DNA from: a virus
Lineage: Duplodnaviria; Heunggongvirae; Uroviricota; Caudoviricetes
Reading direction: 5' to 3' (one strand)
DNA: 20,380 nucleotides
IMG/VR virus record: IMGVR_UViG_3300020577_013140
Coordinates: 1-20,380 of that record
Shown: one piece after another, positions 14,690 through 20,380 of the stretch
How the letters are laid out: each line of letters opens with the position of its first letter
Numbering within the stretch: the stretch's first letter is position 1
Notes under the pieces: generated by a model
Told to the model about the DNA's origin: nothing
What the model saw: only the letters and a program-made list of their open reading frames with translations
Databases searched by the model: none
Made by a program: the position numbers and the translations under genes

Positions 14690-15382
14690 ATGTCTGCTCA
14701 CGTACCAGGAATGCATGATCTCGAAATCCCTGACCACGCCAGGGCTTTTTTTGATCCCGATAAAACCCGTAAGTGGGTGCAAGAGAGCACGATTCAAGGT
14801 CTCCACGAGCATCTGAACAAACTGGAGACCCCAGACTTCAAGTTGCGTGTAAAAGATCTTCGAGTCCAGGATCCTAACAAACGATTCAACCTGCAGGAGC
14901 AGAAACAGGCGACCCTCGATCGGCATGATTTAACGCAAGCAGTTAAAGGCACAGTTGAACTAGTCAACAAAAAGACCGGCGATGTGGTGGACACCAAGAA
15001 GGATCTCACACTGGTCCATATCCCTTGGGTTACCGACCGTAACACCGTTATCTACAACGGGTCTGAGTACAATATCACCAGCCAGCAACGGTTGAAACCT
15101 GGTGTCTACGCCCGTGTCAAGGATACAGGCGACATCGAGGCACACGTCAACGTAAAGGCCGGAACAGGTAGCGGCGGTAAAGTCATTTTCTTTCCAGACA
15201 AAGCGTTGTTTATCTACCAGGTAGGCACTACCCGTATCAAGCTGTACGGGCTGCTTCATTCCCTTGGCGTATCGGACGCTGAGATGGAAGAAGCCTGGGG
15301 CAGCGAAATCTTTCACAAGAACAAGCTGGCTCATGAAGGGAACGAGCTGGAAAAGATGCACGACAAGCTCTTCACCTATTGA
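14690..15382 (+). CDS. rpoB: DNA-directed RNA polymerase beta subunit, N-terminal fragment (split RpoB-like)
   Basis: LVHIPWVTDRNTVIYNGSEYNITSQQRLKPGVY matches RpoB G.IPLMT..GTFvING.ERVIVSQL.RSPGVy; the preceding ..DLTQAVKGTVELV.. and following KLYGLLHSLG also fit the RpoB N-terminal lobe. Stops after 230 aa. Confidence 0.88.
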   Translation: MSAHVPGMHDLEIPDHARAFFDPDKTRKWVQESTIQGLHEHLNKLETPDFKLRVKDLRVQDPNKRFNLQEQKQATLDRHDLTQAVKGTVELVNKKTGDVVDTKKDLTLVHIPWVTDRNTVIYNGSEYNITSQQRLKPGVYARVKDTGDIEAHVNVKAGTGSGGKVIFFPDKALFIYQVGTTRIKLYGLLHSLGVSDAEMEEAWGSEIFHKNKLAHEGNELEKMHDKLFTY

Positions 15383-15407
15383 CAGCCTCCCGATCGTGGT
15401 GTAACGT
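15379..15407 (+). promoter_or_regulatory. sigma70-like promoter
   Basis: TTGACA (15379-15384, overlapping the rpoB-N stop), 17 nt, TAACGT (15402-15407); +1 about 15414, ATG 15416. Confidence 0.7.
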
Positions 15408-15415
15408 AGCAACTC

Positions 15416-15667
15416 ATGGACAACATAGTATTTCCAAAAGGGATCGGCGAGATCACGGACGAGATTCTGCAGAAGTATCGTTCGGACCTGGCCGAGGCGG
15501 CAACAGCAACCGAGAATGCCGTCCGACAGCTGCGTCAGCAGCTGACCCAAATGGAGCGTAACTTGGTAGCGATCAATGCGCAGAAGGCGCTGATTGATAC
15601 CTTCGAAAAAGACCTTGCTGCGAAAGTAACCGAACATGCCACGCCAACGCAACCAACCGGAGCCTGA
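15416..15667 (+). CDS. Small coiled-coil protein
   Basis: AVRQLRQQLTQMERNLVAINAQKALIDTFEKDL heptads. Confidence 0.75.
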   Translation: MDNIVFPKGIGEITDEILQKYRSDLAEAATATENAVRQLRQQLTQMERNLVAINAQKALIDTFEKDLAAKVTEHATPTQPTGA

Positions 15668-15878
15668 GACCACTGACGCCGCGCGAGACGCGGAACGTGT
15701 TTATAACCTGACCCTTGATCTGAAGAGGGCCAAGCGTGAGAAGAAAGAAGCCGTACGGATGCACAACGAAGAAATTCGGCGAGTACAGGCGGAGATCGAT
15801 GAGATCATCAACCGCGAACCTTCTCAAGAGGACGAGCCACAGCCTGATGGTGGCACGCCTACTACACCTTCTGAATAG
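15636..15878 (+). CDS. Small coiled-coil protein with acidic tail
   Basis: LKRAKREKKEAVRMHNEEIRRVQAEIDEII; followed by a terminator. Confidence 0.7.
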   Translation: MPRQRNQPEPETTDAARDAERVYNLTLDLKRAKREKKEAVRMHNEEIRRVQAEIDEIINREPSQEDEPQPDGGTPTTPSE

Positions 15879-15904
15879 CTAGTCGCCAAGGAGCGAACCC
15901 TGCG

Positions 15905-15940
15905 CCCGCTGTTGATACGTCGACAGCGGGTGTTTTATTT
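15905..15940 (+). terminator. Intrinsic terminator
   Basis: CCCGCTGTTGA-tacg-TCGACAGCGGG-TGTTTTATTT. Confidence 0.85.
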
Positions 15941-15946
15941 ATGGAA

Positions 15947-15975
15947 TTGTTTTCCGGCCTTTCCTCGGGTATGCT
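15947..15975 (+). promoter_or_regulatory. sigma70-like promoter
   Basis: TTGTTT (15947-15952), 17 nt, TATGCT (15970-15975); +1 about 15982, ATG 15984. Confidence 0.55.
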
Positions 15976-15983
15976 GTGACTGT

Positions 15984-17699
15984 ATGCCGGACAGCTTCTT
16001 AACCTCTATTCTTCGCGACATTGGGCCATTTACTGCCGAGTATTTACCTGTACCGGTTGCAGAAAAGCCCGCTGTAGGATGCGATGTCCCCGCGGCTGTG
16101 CCCAGCCGTCTCCGTCTCCCGACGCTTCCAGTGGTCAACAACCAACTGGACTGTAATCTAAACTTCATTCCCGCACCAATTGTTCCGGTGCCGTTTATCC
16201 CGCCCTTCGAGGGTCCGTGTCCGGATGGCTTCCACTTCGAGGCGCAGTACGTACCCAGCCCCGGACAGTGTTTAACCCAACTGGCTGCCTCCAACGGTTA
16301 CCGACCAATCGTTTTCCAAAACTTCACATCAGAAGACGCAGGAATTACTGAGCAAACCGAGCAGGTACTCCCAGATATCCGCCTCACTTTACCAATTACC
16401 AACTCTGGGACGGAAGTATCCGGTGCGTACAAATATGCGATTGTGACCGGACAGGTGTACACGGTGGAGCTAACGAACTACAATTCTGCCAGCGATCAAA
16501 CAAAAGGTATCGTGTACAACGGGAAGCTCTACAAGAACGGTCAAAGCTTTCGCGGCGTCGCCGGACAAGGATTCGCTGCAGCTTCCCACGCCGGGGACAA
16601 CGCCAGGATAAAACTGAACAACGTCCAGCATCGGCAGATCCTGGACTACGACCGTACCCCCGGAGGAAACGTAGTTTACGTCCACCAGGACGGTTTTGTT
16701 CTGCCTAACAATAACCCGGTGTGCGCCTTTACGTTAAATCGCCTGGTAATCGGAGCCAGCCAGGAGAAAGAAACCGGAGGCAACATTGCTTTCATACAAG
16801 AGCCTTGCGGTGGAAAGCTTGTGGGCGAGATCAACATCAACTTCGACGACCTCAATATTCCCTGCGCTGATGGCTTTACTTTCGATGCCGGTTATAGCCC
16901 CAAACCAAGTGAGACCATCTTGGTTACGAACGGCAACAAAGTCAGCTCGACAACAGTAGACTTGGTGTCGTTGGTGCCAACAGGTGTGAGCCCTGAAACT
17001 GGGTTAACCTATCCCATGCCGCGTATCCGGGTCAATACTACTGGAAACACCTGGGTGGAAGCACAGGTAACCTCCGTGCATGACGACGTGGACGGCACAT
17101 GGTTGGTGACGAGTGGTCTTCCAAATGGAACATACTCGACGTGGTATTTGCAACGAATCAATGTAGTGGCTGGTTCACCGACTGGCGGGCAATTCGAATT
17201 TGTCAAGCAAGGCTCGTGTGGAGGAAAGCTTATTGGGGAGATTCGTATTGACGTTCCTACCCTTGAGACCCCTTGTGCGACTGCGTTGCAGAACAATACA
17301 CTGATCACACCATCTACGAATTTCGGAGTCGGTGCCGATCTCTCTCACCCCAGCGACTGGCGCGCATTAAAACACGTCGATAGACTCCGAACCAACTCGA
17401 CACCTAACCAAACTGGGTGGGTTACAGATCCTCCAAGTCCAAAGACATTTACGCTTGCGAGCTACGCCGAGGCCTGTAACTACAAGCTGGGGTTTAGTGG
17501 TGGAGCCGAAATCAACTTGCCTGACATCCAAATTCAGCTTAGGATCGGCAACGATGGTCAATGGCAGAGGTTCCAACGCCGATACACCGACGGTGTCACT
17601 GACACGGTTACATTTGAGGCCACCGTCGACAAAGGGCAGTTGGGTGACACAGGGAACGGTAACGGTGCTTCCTGCCTTAGCTGCTGCCGCTGGTCCTAA
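15984..17699 (+). CDS. Probable virion structural protein (tail/baseplate-type) with Cys-containing internal repeats
   Basis: Start ATG 15984 (the track's 15912 lies inside the terminator). Beta/Gly/Thr-rich; repeats CGGKLVGEI / CGGKLIGEI and PCPDGFHFE / PCADGFTFD. Confidence 0.7.
   Translation: MPDSFLTSILRDIGPFTAEYLPVPVAEKPAVGCDVPAAVPSRLRLPTLPVVNNQLDCNLNFIPAPIVPVPFIPPFEGPCPDGFHFEAQYVPSPGQCLTQLAASNGYRPIVFQNFTSEDAGITEQTEQVLPDIRLTLPITNSGTEVSGAYKYAIVTGQVYTVELTNYNSASDQTKGIVYNGKLYKNGQSFRGVAGQGFAAASHAGDNARIKLNNVQHRQILDYDRTPGGNVVYVHQDGFVLPNNNPVCAFTLNRLVIGASQEKETGGNIAFIQEPCGGKLVGEININFDDLNIPCADGFTFDAGYSPKPSETILVTNGNKVSSTTVDLVSLVPTGVSPETGLTYPMPRIRVNTTGNTWVEAQVTSVHDDVDGTWLVTSGLPNGTYSTWYLQRINVVAGSPTGGQFEFVKQGSCGGKLIGEIRIDVPTLETPCATALQNNTLITPSTNFGVGADLSHPSDWRALKHVDRLRTNSTPNQTGWVTDPPSPKTFTLASYAEACNYKLGFSGGAEINLPDIQIQLRIGNDGQWQRFQRRYTDGVTDTVTFEATVDKGQLGDTGNGNGASCLSCCRWS
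16806..17250 (+). repeat. Intragenic protein repeat CGGKL[VI]GEI
   Basis: Copies begin at 16806 and 17217, 411 nt (137 aa) apart. Confidence 0.75.
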
Positions 17700-17704
17700 T
17701 CCAT

Positions 17705-20380
17705 ATGCTACGATTCAAATACGTGGCACCAGTACACGCTGGTGACACCATTTCCAGCACTAGTCATAACGACTTGGCTCTCGCTTTCAACCAACGTATC
17801 CTGGCCGGAGCCGGTGATGCAGCTTGGCGTATTATATGGAACGCACACAGTTTGATGCGCCAAGTTCGCAATCCCTCTGGCGACCTGTTGCTACCTGGTA
17901 CGCAACAGTGGCCAGCCTCTGACGAGTGGTGGAAGATGTACGCATTGGTGGATAACGCCAATCAGTGCGGAGCAGCAAATGACGCCTGGTATTGGCCGAT
18001 TGCTGGGCCAGGAGAGGAGGAAGGAGCAAACGTCGCCAACCCAATGATGGCTTTTGTTTTCGGCCGAGATTATATCAGCCCAGGTCTTCGAGATTTTGAG
18101 CCTGAAGTAAACCGGCTAACCGATGGTCCATCGGACGGAGGAAATAGCTTCGAACTGATTGATGTGGCCTCATTATCTGGCGACCCAAGCGTGGACGCTT
18201 CAAGCACCTGGATACGGGCTAAAAGCCAACGCGGCATTATTGAGCGTACCGCACCATATCGCGCGCATACACCAGCGTTCGAGGCTGCGCACAGCACCTA
18301 TGCTTGGAGGTACAACGCCCGGGCACCGTATCTCAAAAACTACACCTGCTTTGCACCAGTTCCCAGGGACGAGGGGAGCTGCCCACGTATTGACGACGTC
18401 ATACCGCCATACTGGCATGCGAAGTTTACTCCCCTGGTTCCTGGATACCCGGCGTTATCTTTCCCTACTTGCCCCGGAGTAAGTGGGCATCTTCAGTACA
18501 TTGCCCGACTGACCGATCGTTACGTCTTGTATTTCCAGGACGCTCCGGCCATTACGCTCCCTTACACGGTGTATCTGGAAGGCCCTTACGACGGAGGAGG
18601 AGCACTTGCGAAGAGCCATTCCGAAATCCTGACGATGGCACTCAACAAGTTTATTGTCGAGATGCGCGGCAGCTACGCGAACCGGGTAGACGACGGCTGC
18701 TATCAAATTGAGGATAACGCCTTTGACTTCCAACGTTTCTTTTCAACGCAATACGCATTGGCGCCAGCCGCTTGCGGGCAAGTTAATGAAGAAACTGGCG
18801 CACTCGAGTCGCTAGATTATCCAACGTATTCAATGGTGTTCTCTGGGGCAGGAAACGAACAAGCAGTCCCTGCCGGCACCATCTTGCCTCTAACCCAGGC
18901 ACATCCAGACGACACAAGCGACACGCACTATTTCGGAGCACCCTTCGTCTTTAGTGCAGTCATGGTGGAGGTAGCCCATACCACTTCAAGCTTTGAGCTG
19001 GAGTTCCTTGACGAGAACGACAATCCGATCCATTTGGGTCAGCCTGTTAAGCCTTGCGAACCTGCGAGCAGGAATGTTTATTCGTTAACCGTTCCTTCCT
19101 CACCAGAGACCATCCGCACCATTGTTGCGTTCCTTGGTACGCCGGTCAACCCGGGCAGCTTGCGTGTACGTGTCAAGACACCGACGCGGATGACGACAGG
19201 TGGCAGCATTGTGGTGGAGATCCTCGAGCAAATTACTTACCTGCCGGACGTACAAGACGCTTACGCTGTATTACGCTGCGGCACAACCAATGGATCAGAA
19301 GACGGGCCGGACAGCTATGGTGGAGTGATCGACAAGGAGAAGCTGCGGAATCTATCGAACTTTTACTTTACGTACGGCTGCATCATCAATCTAGACGGAC
19401 AGCGTAATCTTGGGTTTCACGCCACAGGTGTGAATTTCAACTCGATTTATGAGTCGGCTCGTGAGTTGATCAATGAAAATCTCCGCATGGTCCCTCGTAC
19501 ACAGGTGAACCAGTACAAGGTAGTCGACGGGAATAGCGAACTGTACTTTGACCGTTATGCGCGAGGCACCGGCAATAACGCGCCAGGCACTCGTACAATA
19601 GAAACCGAGGTCAAGCCCATCATTGGCTCGCAGGTCATCACCCCATTGGCTGAGACTGAGCTAAAGCCTTACATCGAATACGTTGTCCGTCGCACAGGAA
19701 AAGACAACATCAAGCCAACAGGTGTAACTGACCCTTCGTTCCAAGGAGCGGTGAACTTATGGGCGAAGCTCCCCTTCGACTGCTACACGGTCACAGGTCC
19801 TGTCACTTACTGCGACGACTACGTGTTATACGGAAACGTCAAGTATGTCGCACCTGGCTACAACTTTGCCACTTCCGTAAATAGCTCCGTAGAAAACGAT
19901 TACCCGAGTGACCGTAACAATAACTATGACCATGTTATTGTCGGGATGCCTATCCCTTCCTACTCAGTACAAGACCAGGTGCCGGCAGGCTACATAAAGT
20001 TGGTCGAAGACACCAATGTAAAGACCAGGGTGCGCAACGACGTGAGCAGAACTCGTCAGTATGTGGACGCTTTCGGACAAACACGTACGGAGATCGTACG
20101 CACGGCACGCATTGACTGGATGTCGCTCACCACTTACGGCAAGATGGAGGAGGTAAACAGCAATTGGCAGCGAGTTACAGAGTGGAAGAACCTGACATTG
20201 CATGAAGCTCCACAGCAAAATGCGGGTGACCCTGGCACACCTAGCCCGTTCCTTTACAAGAACGGCTTCCGTTATGCAGTGCAAGCCCGTCATTGGGTAC
20301 AGGCAAATAATTCATGGACAGACTGGGAAACAGTTGCAAGCGGCATATCGAATGACCCCAACGCCCAGGGTACATATGGC
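17705..20380 (+). CDS. Large probable virion structural protein (>892 aa, runs off the window end)
   Basis: Manual translation from ATG 17705 (MLRFKYVAPVHAGDTISSTSHNDLALAFNQRILAGAGDAAWRIIW...) is stop-free to 20380; aromatic/Pro/Gly-rich. Absent from the ORF track. Confidence 0.85.
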   Translation, partial: MLRFKYVAPVHAGDTISSTSHNDLALAFNQRILAGAGDAAWRIIWNAHSLMRQVRNPSGDLLLPGTQQWPASDEWWKMYALVDNANQCGAANDAWYWPIAGPGEEEGANVANPMMAFVFGRDYISPGLRDFEPEVNRLTDGPSDGGNSFELIDVASLSGDPSVDASSTWIRAKSQRGIIERTAPYRAHTPAFEAAHSTYAWRYNARAPYLKNYTCFAPVPRDEGSCPRIDDVIPPYWHAKFTPLVPGYPALSFPTCPGVSGHLQYIARLTDRYVLYFQDAPAITLPYTVYLEGPYDGGGALAKSHSEILTMALNKFIVEMRGSYANRVDDGCYQIEDNAFDFQRFFSTQYALAPAACGQVNEETGALESLDYPTYSMVFSGAGNEQAVPAGTILPLTQAHPDDTSDTHYFGAPFVFSAVMVEVAHTTSSFELEFLDENDNPIHLGQPVKPCEPASRNVYSLTVPSSPETIRTIVAFLGTPVNPGSLRVRVKTPTRMTTGGSIVVEILEQITYLPDVQDAYAVLRCGTTNGSEDGPDSYGGVIDKEKLRNLSNFYFTYGCIINLDGQRNLGFHATGVNFNSIYESARELINENLRMVPRTQVNQYKVVDGNSELYFDRYARGTGNNAPGTRTIETEVKPIIGSQVITPLAETELKPYIEYVVRRTGKDNIKPTGVTDPSFQGAVNLWAKLPFDCYTVTGPVTYCDDYVLYGNVKYVAPGYNFATSVNSSVENDYPSDRNNNYDHVIVGMPIPSYSVQDQVPAGYIKLVEDTNVKTRVRNDVSRTRQYVDAFGQTRTEIVRTARIDWMSLTTYGKMEEVNSNWQRVTEWKNLTLHEAPQQNAGDPGTPSPFLYKNGFRYAVQARHWVQANNSWTDWETVASGISNDPNAQGTYG

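Noticed and set aside
8164-15673. Long antisense ORFs (e.g. 8164-9009, 10713-11180, 12742-13113, 14960-15673)
   Set aside because: They mirror well-supported plus-strand genes, have no motifs or expression signals, and are expected in GC-balanced coding DNA.
1-20380. Stop-codon reassignment (alternative genetic code)
   Set aside because: All recognisable genes are intact under the standard code, and TAA, TGA and TAG all end genes where neighbours or terminators begin.
1-20380. CRISPR array, tRNA, rRNA or intron/intein interrupting the RNAP pieces
   Set aside because: No regularly spaced repeats or cloverleaf seen. The RpoB pieces are on opposite strands with their own starts and stops, which does not fit cis-splicing, and no intein motifs are visible at their ends.

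Overview
This window looks like part of a large (jumbo-type) tailed phage genome that encodes its own multisubunit RNA polymerase. Left end: a split RNAP beta (RpoB-like) middle/C-terminal fragment on the minus strand (764 to <1, missed by the ORF track), divergent from a HAD-phosphatase/SNF2-helicase fusion; one palindromic -35 box appears to serve both directions. 3.3-7.8 kb: a minus-strand block of small genes (MazG-like, DUF6378-like, RNase HI, signal-peptide lysozyme, membrane-anchored HicB-like, hypotheticals). At 7.8-8.1 kb the strand switches at a polypyrimidine/G4-prone tract. Next is a rolling-circle Rep-type HUH endonuclease read in frame through an apparent internal promoter into the first of about seven Gly/Ala-zipper proteins, most of which carry recurrent K-x-A motifs. 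These are followed by the RNAP beta N-terminal fragment (14690-15382), two coiled-coil genes and two large Cys-containing probable virion structural proteins, the last open to the window end. Many genes appear to be transcribed as leaderless or near-leaderless mRNAs from sigma70-like promoters. All family calls come from motif recognition by eye; no database searches were run.
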